Origin: Nemertoderma westbladi
Taxonomy: Eukaryota > Animalia > Xenacoelomorpha
Length of the DNA stretch: 64,000 bases
Direction of reading: 5' to 3'
Assembly (NCBI GenBank): GCA_032718475.1
Contig: JAUCBJ010001187.1
Span: 1-64,000, forward strand
In this document: in pieces, positions 1 through 14,159 of the stretch
Layout of the letters: each line of letters opens with the position of its first letter
Position numbering within the stretch: the first letter of the stretch is position 1
The notes under the pieces: generated by a model
Told to the model about the DNA's origin: nothing
Databases searched by the model: none
The model's input: the letters and a program-made list of their open reading frames with translations, nothing else
Program-made: the position numbers and the translations under genes

Positions 1-3000
1 CTAGTAAAAACACTAAAATCAAAATTTACAGAATTTCACACATAGAATCGAAAATGTTTATGGCTCGTTTTTTTCTAAAATCAAATGTGATAATTTTGAA
101 TGAAAAAAAATTGGGGGTAAACGTCTTCGTTTTCAGGCAATTTTGATTTTGCCCTTTTTTTGCCCATGTTTCTTGAGACTCGAATTTTTCTGCGCATTAT
201 TATTCGAAAACTACTCGTCGTATTGACGTCGTTCTTTCACCGATGGATAGAGCTTGGATGGAAGTATGTTTCAAGAAAAAAAAAATTCTCAAAAAATTTA
301 ACCATGTGTCTGAAAAATAGCGCCAAAAAGCGCCAATTTTCAAATGTAAAAAATAAGGTGCTTGGGGCAAATTATATTGCATGGTGAATATGGCTCCCAT
401 TGAAATCTCATCTACCGTCGCATTTAGAGTCACCTATAAGCTATCTTTGGGGGTGCAGAAATTTTTCAAAACACGTTGCCATGGTTACGAAAAATGACTC
501 GAAATATGACGTCATCACGAAAAAACGTGTATAAGCGCGATATTGCGACATCTACTGTATCGAAACGGCCAATGATGTTGCGTTTTCGCTCAAAAAACAT
601 TTTAGAACAATCATTTGGGAACGTTTTCATAAAATATTGCTTTTAAAAAAAATTAATTTTTTTGCCACAAAAATGCCACGCGGTGGCACATTAAAAAAAA
701 ATTTCAACATTGAATAACTCGGCTCTTAATTATTCAATTAGGCTCAAACTTTTTTTCACAAATAAGTATATTAATATCAACAACTCCACCAAATTTCATC
801 AAATTTGAAGAAAAAAAATTTTTCACTTTTTTTCAATTTTGCACAAATCGGCCATTTTTGGCAAAAGACAGCACTCTGTTAGAGGGAAAATCGTTCAAAA
901 AAATTTTCATCTCAGAATTAGCTAAAAACTTTCATTTTGGGTAATATCGATATGGCGGCAACGAATTTCGAGTCAGTTTTCGATTTCAATAAAGTGTCCG
1001 GATTTGGCAGTGTCCGGAAATTCCGGAAATCCGGACACATACAAGATATTAATGGATTTTTTCCGTTCCAACGGATTCTGATAGATAATTTCACGCTCTA
1101 CAAGAATAAAAAAAAAATTTGTCAAAAAAAGTTATTTCTTGCCCAATTTGCCTTGGCAAAAGACCGGCAATTCCATTTATTCCTAATTTACACTAATTTA
1201 TTTTATTTAAATGCCATATATAAGACTTTCAATAGCTAGTTCTACATCTGGACAATCTTTTACACTTTAAATCGTGAAATTTCATCAAGGGAAACTAGAC
1301 TTGTAAAGGTTTTAGTAACGCATGATCGCCGCTGGGAAGCTTTTTCCAAATAATTATCCACCATTGCGGTTTGTTGATATGGTTGCCTAGGAACGCATTG
1401 AATGTATGGAAGCCAGCATTCAGAAAGACGCTAATACATTTCTGTTAGTATAATATTGTCAAGGAAACTACTGAATGTAGATATTAAATAGGCAGAAATA
1501 TAGTTACTGAATGCCGTGCAGTAGCTATCAGTACACAAAAAAGGCCTATAGCATTGTTAAACAATAATTAATGTAATATTTGATTGTTTTTACTGTATTT
1601 TATAGCTAGTGGCGTGTACTAAATATAACCTGTACAATACTGTATGTAATGTAACACGTAGTGCCCTGTGCTACAGATAACAGTACTGCGTCTGTGCATT
1701 GTTAAATGAATACTTTATGTGTTTAGTGTTGAAAGCAGTTGTGCGGTTGCGTTTGTATTCATTCTTCAACAATAATTTAATTAATAAGAAATATAAATTA
1801 GGTTACTTACATACACTAAACTGAGTTCTTCAGAGTGCGCCGCAACTACAGTTCATTAATAACACACTACCACTACCGGTACACTAAAATAACATTAATA
1901 ATTTGCCCGTGTTACTGAAATAAAGATTATTTTCACATAGCCTACTGTAATTAATGAGCTGCACCGCGTCAGTATATAACGGGTTTACCTTTACATATTT
2001 CTTATAGGCCCACCATTCTATTCATTTGTTTGTCATCAATAGCTTGCATAGCGCCGCTAACAATTATTTATGATTGTCTTACTGAAAGCACAAACTAGGC
2101 CAACTAAAACAACTGCAGAACTGAAATAAACTCAACTAAACTACTGTGTGGCCGCGAACTGTATGTTTACATTTTATTTTAATTGCTGGAGTTATGGTGG
2201 TGGGCTCTGTATTACTTTATTTGAATAAATATCATAACTAATAACAGAATGTATTGTACTGTAATTTAAATTCAATAAAAATGTGCCAGAAACGATAAAT
2301 TATCCACAGTTAGGATGTGATTGATTATCAGTTGAAATAAAATTGTTAAACTGTTTCATATGCAGTAAAACCTTTTTGCCATGTGGTTGTGCTTTGTGTG
2401 CCGCATTGTACTGGAGCCTAAAATAATTAAATTACAATATTATTATTTTATACTGTAATTATACAATTTCTGAAAATGTATTCTTAGGCCTAGGGTTCAG
2501 TGTGAAATATATAATATAAAATGTTTGTAGAGGCTCTAATGTTAAACATGGACTGATGTACTGTTACTACACAGATATGGATTGGGTGCATCAGTGTGAC
2601 AATAAATAAATTTATTTTTAATTTAAATGTGTTTGAAAGCCTCTAGCAGTTTTAATATTGATTTTGAATTGGTTATTAGCCACATAACACTATAAATGTC
2701 GCAACCACGTAATTTCACAATATTAGCAATAATTTAATGGGAGTGCCTTAAAATATTTCAATATCCATATTAAACTGCTTGCTGGAAAGAGATGTGTATA
2801 CAAAGACTTATTATTTCCATCGTTCTTATAAAGTTAATTAATTTCTCATATTGTTACAAATCATATATTTTCGCTGCTGGCCTGCGCCAGCAGTTTTGCC
2901 AGCAGCGCTCTAACAATAATAAACACACCCCCCCCCCCCCGGCCTAAACTCATTCCTATTCTCATATAATTCTGGGATGCTCCTGCTGAAACATAAGTCT

Positions 3001-3818
3001 GCTTTGCAAAGAATAATAACTATATCTAAATGTGGCCGGCCTATCTCTCATCTTACTAAATATTACTAAAGTTGCTCATGAAGTGGCAGCCCGATAATTT
3101 TTCTAGTTTGAGAAATCTGACTACCGTAATATACAGTCATATTAATTTGTATGTAATTTGGAAGTATGAGATATCTTCCACTGTAAGTTTTAACGAAGTT
3201 TATCAATTAAATGAAAATGAAAAATAACATAATAATATTAGTAAGGGAAGAAATTCTCAACATTCGGGAATTTGATATTAATAGTTTTATAATATCACAT
3301 TTTAATCAAATACAGACTTTGAATTAAGGTATTATTAAATTATTGCCTTGCAGAGAGTAAAATAAAAATAAAATGTCTGTGCGATCTGGAGTTATATATA
3401 AATAACAATAGAGTTATAAAATGATACGGTGGGCAAACAACACTAATCATTTTTTGCTTGCATTTATGAAATTATAACATGATGTTTGTCATGGTAATTG
3501 TTGATGTTAAAATAACTGTATTCTATAAAGATATAGTGGATTATTCTTATTTAACTACATGCACAGGCATGAATATAATTTAATTAACATGTTTATAGAA
3601 AATGTAGGGCGGTATTATAGGATATTCTAGAACAAATATTTATTTATTATTTGTATTAGATTTAGGATATGGGTCTAAGGATATACCCCCCTTATAATAA
3701 ATAAATGGAGTATAAATAAATATATAGGGGGGCACCTAGGTGGGATGAACCCCCTAAATTTTGAGTTTTGTTCGTTTTAATTTCGCCGGGCCCGAATGGT
3801 GTGAAGTGGCCCGGCTGG

Positions 3819-6800
3819 TCATACTTTAGATTTTATAATACCAACTGTCGAGTTACGGAGGGCATTTTCATACAAGCAGCGGTCGTGTGGACTTGAAATT
3901 TGGTACCAACATAGAAGAGCAATATCTAAGATATTTGATCCGATCAAAAATTTTCTAACTTGGCCATGGGCAAAATGAGGGCAATTTGAAAATCTAAAAA
4001 AACTAGTAAAAACATTAAAATCAAAATTTACAGAATTTCACGCATAGAATCGAAAATGTTTATGGCTCGTTTTTTTCTAAAATCAAATGTGATAATTTTG
4101 AATGAAAAAAAATTGGGGGTAAACGTCTTCGTTTTCAGGCAATTTTGATTTTGCCCTTTTTTTGCCCATGTTTCTTGAGACTCGAATTTTTCTGCGCATT
4201 ACTATTCGAAAACTACTCGTCGTATTGACGTCGTTCTTTCACCGATGGATAGAGCTTGGATGGAAGTATGTTTCAAGAAAAAAAAAATTCTCAAAAAATT
4301 TAACCATGTGTCTGAAAAATAGCGCCAAAAAGCGCCAATTTTCAAATGTAAAAAATAAGGTGCTTGGGGCAAATTATATTGCATGGTGAATATGGCTCCC
4401 ATTGAAATCTCATCTACCGTCGCATTTAGAGTCACCTATAAGCTATCTTTGGGGGTGCGGAAATTTTTCAAAACACGTTGCCATGGTTACGAAAAATGAC
4501 TCGAAATATGACGTCATCACGAAAAAACGTGTATAAGCGCGATATTGCGACATCTACTGTATCGAAACGGCCAATGATGTTGCGTTTTCGCTCAAAAAAC
4601 ATTTTAGAACAATCATTTGGGAACGTTTTCATAAAATATTGTTTTTAAAAAAAAATTAATTTTTTTGCCACAAAAATGCCACACGGTGGCACATTAAAAA
4701 AAAATTTCAACATTGAATAACTCGGCTCCTAATTATTCAATTAGGCTCAAACTTTTTTTCACAAATAAGTATATTAATATCAACAACTCCACCAAATTTC
4801 ATCAATTTTGAAGAAAAAAAATTTTTCACTTTTTTTCAACTTTGCACATATCGACCATTTTTGGCAAAAGTCAGCACTCTGTTAAAGGGAAAATCGTTCA
4901 AAAAAATTTTCATCTCAGAATTAGCTAAAAACTTGTATTTTGGGTAATATCGATATGGCGGCAACGAATTTCGAGTCAGTTTTCGATTTCAATAAAGTGT
5001 CCGGAATTGGCAGTGTCCGGAAATTCCGGAAATCCGGACACATACAAGATATTAATGGATTTTTTCCGTTCCAACGGATTCTGATAGATAATTTCACGCT
5101 CTACAAGAATAAAAAAAAAATTTGTCATAAAAAATTATTTCTTGCCCAATTTGCCTGGGCAAAAGACCGGCAATTCCATTTATTCATAATTTACACTAAT
5201 TTATTTTATTTAAATGTCATATATAAGACTTTCAATCGCTAGTTCTACATCTGGACAATCTTTTACAATTTAAATCGTGAAATTTCATCAAGGGAAACTC
5301 GACTTGTAAAGGTTTTAGTAACGCATGATCGCCGCTGGGAAGCTTTTTCCAAATAATTATCCACCATTGCGGTTTGTTGATATGGTTGCCTAGGAACGCA
5401 TTGAATGTATGGAAGACAGCATTCAGAAGGACGCTAATACATTTCTGTTAGTATTGTCAAGGAAACTACTGAATGTAGATATTAAATAGGCAGAAATATA
5501 GTTACTGAATGCCGTGCAGTAGCTATCGGTACACAAATAAGGCCTATAGCATTGTTAAACAATACTGAATGTAATATTTGATTGTTTTTACTGTATTTTA
5601 TAGCTAGTGGCATGTACTATAACCTGTACAATACTGTATGTAATGTAACACGTAGTGCCCTGTGCCACATAACAGAACTGCTTCTGTGCATTGTTAAATG
5701 AATACTTTATGTGTTTAGTGTTGAAAGCAGTTGTGCGGTTGCGTTTTTATTCATTCTTCAACAATAATTTAATTAATAAGAAATATAAATTAGGCTACTT
5801 ACATACACTAAGCTGAGTTCTTCAGAGTGCGCCGCAACTACAGTTCATTAATAACACACTAGGCCTACCACTACCAGTACAGTAAAATAACATTAATAAT
5901 TTGCCTGTGTTTATGAAATAAAGATTATTTTCTTGAAGCCTACTGTAATTAATGAGCTGCACCGAGTCTGTATATAAAGGGTTTACCTTTACATATTCCT
6001 TATAGGTGCAACATTATATTCATTTGTTTGTCATCAATAGCTTGCATAGCGCCGCTAACAATTATTTCTGATTGTCTTACTGAAAGCACAAACTAGGCCA
6101 ACTAAAACAACTGCAGAACTGAAAGAGACTCAATTAAACTACTGTGTGGCCACGAACTGTGTGTTTACATTGTATTTTAATTGCTGTAGTTCTGGAGGTG
6201 GGCTCTGTATTACTTTATTAGAATAAATATCGTAATAAATAAATGAATGTATTGTACTGTAATTTAAATTCAATAAAAATGTGCCAGATTCGATAATTTA
6301 TCGACAGTTAGGATGTGATTGATTATCAGTTGAAATAAAATTGTTAAACTGTTTCATATGCAGTAAAACCTTTTTGCCATGTGGCTGTGATTTGTGGTGC
6401 CGCATTGTACTGGAGCCTAAAATTATTAAATTACAATATTATTATTTTATACTGTAATTATACTTCTGAAAGTGTAAGTCTTAGGCCTAGGTTTCAGTGT
6501 GAAATATATAATATAAAATGTTTGTAGAGGCTCTAATGTTAGACATGGACTGATGTACTTTTACGACACAGATATGGATTGGGTGCATCAGTGTGGCAAT
6601 AAATAAATTAATTTTTAATTTAATTGTGTTTGAAAGCCTAAAGCAGTTTTGATATTGATTTTGAATTGGTTATTAGCCACTCAATAAATGTCGCAACCAC
6701 GTAATTTCACAATATTAGCAATAATTTAATGGGAGTGCCTTAAAATATTACAATATCCATATTAAACTGCTTGCTGGACAGTGATGTGTATACAAAGACT

Positions 6801-7816
6801 TATTATTTCCATCATTCTTATAAAATTAATTAATTTATCATATTGCTACCAATCATATATTTACGCTGCTGGCCTGCGCCAGCAGTTTTGCCAGCAGCGC
6901 TCTAACAATAATAAACAACCCCCCCCCCCCCCCCCCGACCTACACTCATTCCTATTCTCAAATAATTCTGGGATGCTCCTGCTGTAACATAAGTCTGCTT
7001 TGCAAAGAATAACTATATCTAAATGTGGCCGGCCTATCTCTCATCTTACTAAATATTACTAAAGTTGCTCATTCAAAAGTGGCAGCCCGATAATTTTTCT
7101 AATTTGAGAAATCTGACTACCGTAATATACAGTCAGTAATTTGTGGAGGAAGTATGTGATATTTTCCACTGTAAGTTTTAACGAAGTTTATCAATGAAAT
7201 GAAAATGAAAAATAACAATAATATTAGTAAGGGAAGATATTCTCGACATTCGGGTTTTTGATATTAATAGTTTCAATAATATCACATTTTAATCAAATAC
7301 AGACTTTGGATTAAGGTATTATTAAATTATTGCCCTGCAGAGAGTAAAATAAAAATAAAATGTTTGTGCGATCTGGAGTTATATATAATAAACAATAGAG
7401 TTATGAAATGATATGGTGGACAAACAACAAACAACACTAATCATTTTTTGCTTGCATTTATGCATTTGTAACATGATGTTTGTCATGGTAATTGTTGATG
7501 TTAAAATAACTGTATTCTAGAAAGAAATAGTAAATATTCTTAATTAACTACATACAATATGCACATACATGAATATAATTTAGGTAACCTGTTATAGAAA
7601 ATGTAGGGGGGTATTATAGGATATTCTAGAACAAATATTTATTTAATATTTGAATTAGATTTAGGATCTGGAAAAACGGATATACCCCCCCTATAATAAA
7701 CTGAAAATCAAATATATAATCTAGGGGGGCACCTAGGTGGGATGAACCCCTATAAATTTTGAGTTTTGTTCGTTTTAATTTCGCCGGGCCCGAATGGTGT
7801 GAAGTGGCCCGGCTGG
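3819..7816 (+). mobile_element. Putative non-autonomous Helitron-like element (one full unit of the tandem array)
   Basis: The junction reads hairpin GCCGGGCC..GGCCCGGC (3785-3815), then CTGG (3815-3818), then TC (3819); it recurs at 7813-7818. 5'-TC and 3'-CTRR with a subterminal hairpin are Helitron hallmarks. No Rep/Hel ORF is present. Confidence 0.45.
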
Positions 7817-9911
7817 TCATACTTTAGATTTTATAATACCAACTGTCGAGTTACGGAGGGCATTTTCATACAAGCAGCGGTCGTGTGGACTTGAAATTTG
7901 GTACCAACATAGAAGAGCAATATCTAAGATATTTGATCCGATCAAAAATTTTCTAACTTGGCCATGGGCAAAATGAGGGCAATTTGAAAATCTAAAAAAA
8001 CTAGTAAAAACACTAAAATCAAAATTTACAGAATTTCACACATAGAATCGAAAATGTTTATGGCTCGTTTTTTTCTAAAATCAAATGTGATAATTTTGAA
8101 TGAAAAAAAATTGGGGGTAAACGTCTTCGTTTTCAGGCAATTTTGATTTTGCCCTTTTTTTGCCCATGTTTCTTGAGACTCGAATTTTTCTGCGCATTAC
8201 TATTCGAAAACTACTCGTCGTATTGACGTCGTTCTTTCACCGATGGATAGAGCTTGGATGGAAGTATGTTTCAAGAAAAAAAAATTCTCAAAAAATTTAA
8301 CCATGTGTCTGAAAAATAGCGCCAAAAAGCGCCAATTTTCAAATGTAAAAAATAAGGTGCTTGGGGCAAATTATATTGCATGGTGAATATGGCTCCCATT
8401 GAAATCTCATCTACCGTCGCATTTAGAGTCACCTATAAGCTATCTTTGGGGGTGAAGAAATTTTTCAAAACACGTTGCCATGGTTACGAAAAATGACTCG
8501 AAATATGACGTCATCACAAAAAACGTGTATAAGTGCGATATTGCGACATCTACTGTATTGAAACAGCCAATGATGTTGCGTTTTCGCTCAAAAAACATTT
8601 TAGAACAATCATTTGGGAACGTTTTCATAAAATATTGTTATTAAAAAAAATTAATTTTTTTGCCACAAAAATGCCACACGGTGGCACATTAAAAAATTTT
8701 TTCAACATTGAATAACTCGGCTCCTAATTATTCAATTGGGCTCAAACTTTTTTTCACAAATAAGTATATTAATATCAACAACTCCACCAAATTTCATCAA
8801 ATTTGAAGAAAAAAAATTTTTCACTTTTTTTCAATTTTGCACAAATCGGCCATTTTTGGCAAAAGTCAGCACTCTGTTAGAGGGAAAATCGTTCAAAAAA
8901 ATTTTCATCTCAGAATTAGCTAAAAACTTTCATTTTGGGTAATATCGATATGGCGGCAACGAATTTCGAGTCAGTTTTCGATTTCAATAAAGTGTCCGGA
9001 ATTGGCAGTGTCCGGAAATTCCGGAAATCCGGACACATACAAGATATTAATGGATTTTTTTCGTTCCAACGGATTCTGATAGATAATTTCACGCTCTACA
9101 AGAATAAAAAAAAAATTTGTCAAAAAAAATTATTTCTTGCCCAATTTGCCTGGGCAAAAGACCGGCAATTCCATTTATTCCTAATTTACACTAATTTATT
9201 TTATTTAAATGTCATATATAAGACTTTCAATCGTTAGTTCTACATCTGGACAATCTTTTACACTTTAAATCGTGAAATTTCATCAAGGGAAACTCGACTT
9301 GTAAAGGTTATAGTAACGCATGATCGCCGCTGGGAAGCTTTTTCCAAATAATTATCCACCATTGCGGTTTGTTGATATGGTTGCCTAGGAACGCATTGAA
9401 TGTATGGAAGCCAGCATTCAGAAGGATGCTAATACATTTCTGTTAGTATTGTCAAGGAAACTACTGAATGTAGATATTAAATAGGCAGAAATATAGTTAC
9501 TGAATGCCGTGCAGTAGCTATCGGTACACAAATAAGGCCTATAGCATTGTTAAACAATAATTAATGTAATATTTGATTGTTTTACTGTATTTTATAGCTA
9601 GTGGCATGTACTATAACCTGTACAATACTGCATGTAATGTAACACGTAGTGCCCAGTGCTACAGAACAGAACTGCGTCTGTGCATTGTTAAATGAATACT
9701 TTATGTGTTTAGTGTTGAAAGCAGTTGTGCGGTTGCGTTTGTATTCATTCTTCAACAATAATTTAATCAACAATAATTTAATTAATAAGAAATATAAATT
9801 AGGCTACTTACATACACTAAACTGAGTTCTTCAGAGTGCGCCGCAACTACAGTTCATTAATAACACACTACCACTACCGGTACACTAAAATAACATTAAT
9901 AATTTGCCCGT

Positions 9912-10063
9912 AGATAGATAGATTTATTTATACATTATGTAAAAACAATAACAAATACACCAAACAATGTACCGGTATAAAGGTATTGTCCAACATAACA
10001 TATAGGATTACCCCTAAAGCTTTGCAGCTTATTTCCAAGGGGGTCCTTTATGTTACTTGGTTA
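9912..10063 (-). mobile_element. 5'-truncated LINE 3' UTR inserted in tandem unit 3
   Basis: Absent from units 1 and 2. Flanked by a CCCGT duplication (9907-9911 and 10064-10068), has a (TATC)n tail, and is homologous to the LINE tail at 48012-48180. Confidence 0.88.
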
Positions 10064-10302
10064 CCCGTGTTACTGAAATAAAGATTATTTTCATATAGCC
10101 TATTGTAATTAATGAGCTGCACCGCGTCAGTATATAACGGGTTTACCTTTACATATTTCTTATAGGCCCACCATTCTATTCATTTGTTTGTCATTCATTT
10201 GCATCAGGAACTTTCATATTTACAGGTCCGCGTAGCGAGGCCTCTAGTATTCACTCCATTGTTGTTAATTTATCGTTAGGTTTTGGTATTAAGAAATGAA
10301 AC

Positions 10303-10375
10303 GGCCCCAGTGGCTCAGTTGGCAGAGCGTGGGACTTGGAATCTCTAGCTACCGAGTTCAATCCCCTATTCCGGT
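10303..10375 (+). pseudogene. tRNA-derived SINE head or tRNA pseudogene
   Basis: A-box TGGCTCAGTTGG (10311-10322), B-box GAGTTCAATCCC (10354-10365) and an anticodon-like loop CT-TGG-AA. The acceptor and T stems do not pair properly. Confidence 0.6.
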
Positions 10376-11966
10376 GAATGTTTTTTGTTGTAAGATGGGT
10401 AGTAAGCTATTCAAGGAGACAGTTCATGCGTTAGTAGACGAGTTTTACTATGGGAACAATAACATAGTTATATTTTTTCAATTTGCATGGTGCTTGTATC
10501 GTTCATCCAACCTTCGATCAAATAAAATTATATACATAATAATAATAATATATATTGTATATTTCGTATAATACCAATATCTAATTCAGTTTTATAAATA
10601 GGATATTGTAAATTCATTGAATACTAAAAACACTAACATTTATTGTAAGCTTACACGAATGTGATATATTACAGATACTTTAAAATTTGTACCAGTAACT
10701 AACAGTATATGGATACTAGAGTTTGATAAACCAATGAGCATATCACTGGATATCATTGAGTAATAAAAATATATTTCAATGTAATAATATCATCGATATA
10801 ACAATATCCTTGAATTTCATTAAACTATATCCTCGAATATTGGATATTGCCAAATAACAAATCATTAAATATTGTATGATATCAAATATCATATTGTGGA
10901 ATATTATCTCTTTTACTTCTCGAGTAATGGCTGGTTTTCCGTCTGTAAGTCTGTCTGTCTGTCCATCGAAATATTAAAAAGCAGTGGGAATTTTTCTTAA
11001 TGCCGATATCTGTTTTCATGTTTTGAATTATCTAATCACTATGTCTGTATGTCAGTCTATCTGTCTCACAGTTTGTCTGTCTGTCTGTCAATTTATAATT
11101 AATAGATATTTAATAAATATTTGTGAGTTTGTATTACATATTGAACAGTTGTCTAATGGACTATTTGTCTACTAGTAATAACAAATGGGAACCATCATAT
11201 AGCAATAGCTGGTAATAATAATTGTGGGGATCAACCATAAACTTATTATTTTTTAAATTCCACATGCTTTGAGAATAATTCACGTGCTGCGCGAAGTCTT
11301 CATGTGCTGCATGAACATTTCATGTTCCACGTAAAGGCTTCTCATTCTGATCAAAAGGCTTTCCGAACTCCTCGAATAATTAACGTGCTGTGTGAAGACT
11401 TATTATAAAAGTATGTGGAAATTTTTTATATCATTCAGAAAGTTTAAAGGTTGTCTCATTATTCTATGACTATTTATTAATAAATCACGAAATAGTATGC
11501 GATCAAACCAAAACTCCAAAATGAAATTTGTTCACGTGCTGCGCGGAGTGTTTTTGGGCAAGCACTCTAAAATTATTTTAACAGGTTTTTAAAAGTTGGT
11601 AGGGGTTTATTTGAACCAAATTTCATTAAATCCATTGAGAAATCACAAAATAGATAGGGGATAACCAATGTGAAAAGAAAAGGACATGAAAATGATACAT
11701 GAAAAAATCCAAAAATGAAAAATGGTACATGAAAATAGCGAGAACATTTGAAATATATTGTTCTTAAACTTTAAATGCGTTTATCTCGGATTGTATTTTT
11801 CACATTCATAATACTACTACACGTCCATTTCTTAACCAATTTTCGAAATTTTTTTTTGTTTAATTTCTTTTCGGGGTTTGATCAAAGGTTATCGATTAGA
11901 ATTTTGAATTGTGCCATATTAATTTCTTGAAATTAGTTAATATCTATTAAATAATATTTAAAAAAT

Positions 11967-12340
11967 ACTGGGCTCTAACTGCTGAGTACACCAAATCCCT
12001 GGATGGCCTATTCACAAGAATGCTACGCCGGGTTCATTGTGGTAGTACAATGCACACATCTCCAACCAAACACTATATAACATTGGAGGTATCTCATTGG
12101 TTCCCCCAAGCTTGACACTAGAACAAAGTTGCCTCCGCTTTTCAGGACATTGCTTTCGCCGTGAGGACCAGCCAGTGCATAATCTTGTACTTTGGCAGCC
12201 TCATGGAGTGAATAAGTATGGTGGACAGCCCATGACTTTCTTGAGACGCATCTTAAAGGACACCGGCCTTGAAGATGCGGATGATCTAGCAAATGTCATG
12301 GGTGATAGGGGAGTTGTGGTGGCACAATTTTATCGACAGG
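11967..12340 (+). mobile_element. RTE-clade LINE, decayed 3' ORF fragment
   Basis: Translates to WALT..SLDGLFTRMLR..HISNQTLY and LRFSGHCFRREDQPVHNLVLWQPHG..KDTGLE..MGDR, typical of the RTE post-RT C-terminus. Confidence 0.75.
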
Positions 12341-12400
12341 CCAGCACAGCATTCTTAAAAATGCAGCTGCAATGCAGCATGCCGTTCTTAATAGTAGTAG

Positions 12401-12680
12401 TTTTCTAACCAAAACAATAAACGATGTTGTTACTAATTGAGGGAAAGGAGTAGGTTACAGAGACGGGTTTTTCTAACCAAAACAATAAACGATGTTACCA
12501 TTTGAGGGAAAGGAGCTGGTTACAGAGACTATTTTTTTAACCAAAACAATAAACGATGTTGTTACTAATTGAGGGAAAGGAGTAGGTTACAGAGACGGGT
12601 GTTTCTAACCAAAACAATAAACGATGTTATTACCAATTGAGGGAGGTTATAGAGACAGCTTTTTCTAACCAAAACAATAA
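12401..12680 (+). repeat. ~65-bp tandem repeat (about 4.5 copies)
   Basis: TTTCTAACCAAAACAATAAACGATGTT..GAGGGAAAGGAG..GGTTACAGAGAC is repeated. The same motif occurs dispersed near 30545 and 31580, and inverted near 40870-40920. Confidence 0.85.
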
Positions 12681-12989
12681 CCTTTGTTGTTATATCGTAT
12701 GTAAAAATATCTATATCACTAGCACTTATATCCTGTAAATAATGGCATGGGGGGGGGGGGGGGGGGTAACAGTAATCACTAGTTTGACGGGGGGGGGGGG
12801 GTAACAGGAATGGGGGGGGAGTAGAAATTCTGGGGGGTAAGTGGAAATTCTGGGGGGTGTTTCATTCAAAACACGAACACGTCACTTAAGACTATAGTTA
12901 ATGATACGCACTAACTTTACACAAACAACCAAAAATTAATACCTGGAGACCCAACACCCAACTAACACATAGACAAATGTAATTTTGAA

Positions 12990-13600
12990 ATATAACAAAG
13001 AAATAAAAAAAAATAAAAATAAACGGTATAGAGAATTGTTATGGCGAGATTTTTCCTGACCCGAACCATATTTGTTGAAAATAATTGATGGTATAACGAT
13101 AAGGAAGGATATCTATGAAAATGATAATCTATAAATTGTACTCTGATTTGGTTGTAGGCTGGGCATACTAAAATAAAATGAAATTCGCTTTCAACCAGAC
13201 CCATATTGCACATCGTACATAAACGTTCGTCGCGTGGCTTGACCTGCTAAGATTTCCAGGCAGTGCGAAGTACAGCGTAGGTGGGCTAGAGCAATTTTCA
13301 GATGAGGTTCATTTGGCAGTTCATTAAAAGGTACTCTTCCGTACCAAATTCTGTTTTAATATACAGTTCTCCCTTGGGGGATGCGCTAATGGACAGCCAC
13401 CAATCTTGTATAAATTGGTCCCTAATTACCTTATGTACTGTATTAAGAAACTCAGTCTCGTTTATAACAGATTGATTTAACCACGCGTGACTAAGTCCCA
13501 GGTTGTTAAGGAGATCCCTTATTTTGAAGGCCCAATTTGCAGTGGTCGGGGTGGTGTGGCAGTCACTGTGTAACTGGTTGTACATCATCTTTTATGCCTT
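12990..13600 (-). mobile_element. RTEX-like LINE C-terminal fragment (decayed)
   Basis: Translates to WAFKIRDLLNNLGLSHAWLNQ..RDQFIQDW and a C-terminal zinc knuckle CxxCNMGLVESEFHFILVCPAY..R. Confidence 0.65.
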
Positions 13601-13989
13601 GGATATAACAATCAAGCAAGATGCAGGTTTAGGCACAGCTACGACTTTTGCTACGACACATGCTCGGTGAACAAACCCTCTTTTCGTAGGGTCAAACATT
13701 ACAATTATTTAAAATTAAATATAAATATAAATGCAGAACCTTTTAGTGATGATGCATAGGTTAACATAAATTACCAATAGATTCAAATTTCCTGTACTTA
13801 TGGTGAGCTGATATAACATACAGGTATATTCTACTGGAAAAGGAAAGTTAATGGATGGAAAACATGCCTGTTTAAAACACGAGGTTAATTTATTAGTACA
13901 AGGTCGCTGTGATTGCATTAGTGTAGAGCTGGGAGTAGGCAATGAGATCATAATGTAGAGCACCTTATGTATGGAAAGGATCACCATCA

Positions 13990-14150
13990 CTGCTTTAACA
14001 AGTATATGTACCATATCTATCTAAGAGTCCTCATCACTAAGAGCTCAGCAATCACTGCCATAGAGCCGGACAGGCTCCACTGCTACATGGAAAAGTCCCA
14101 TCTTTATGTGTATGTGCTCAATTGGGGTGTTTCCATATCCTGGACACTTG
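13990..14150 (-). mobile_element. RTE LINE fragment (highly decayed)
   Basis: The minus strand reads SRIWK..LFHVAVEPVRLYGSDC*AL, matching the RTE motif LFxAxVExVLLYGSExWxL. Confidence 0.55.
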
Positions 14151-14159
14151 ATTGACGCA

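Larger units (their letters stand above)
1..10195 (+). repeat. Tandem array of a ~4.0-kb unit (about 2.5 copies visible; first copy runs off the window, last copy truncated)
   Basis: CTAGTAAAAACA(C/T)TAAAATC recurs at 1, 4003 and 8001 (periods 4002 and 3998). The units are colinear throughout, and identity with unit 1 ends near 10195. Confidence 0.97.

Noticed and set aside
160-9237. Recurrent 60-100-aa ORFs in the 4-kb units
   Set aside because: They are low-complexity K/F/N-rich translations of AT-rich DNA, are broken by homopolymer indels between units, and show no domain motifs.
10303-10375. Functional tRNA-Pro(TGG) gene
   Set aside because: The acceptor and T stems cannot pair; it is kept only as a SINE head or pseudogene.
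12748-12860. Poly-G/poly-C runs here and elsewhere as special G4 elements
   Set aside because: Such homopolymers are scattered across the window, mostly inside repeats, and their lengths are unreliable in assemblies.
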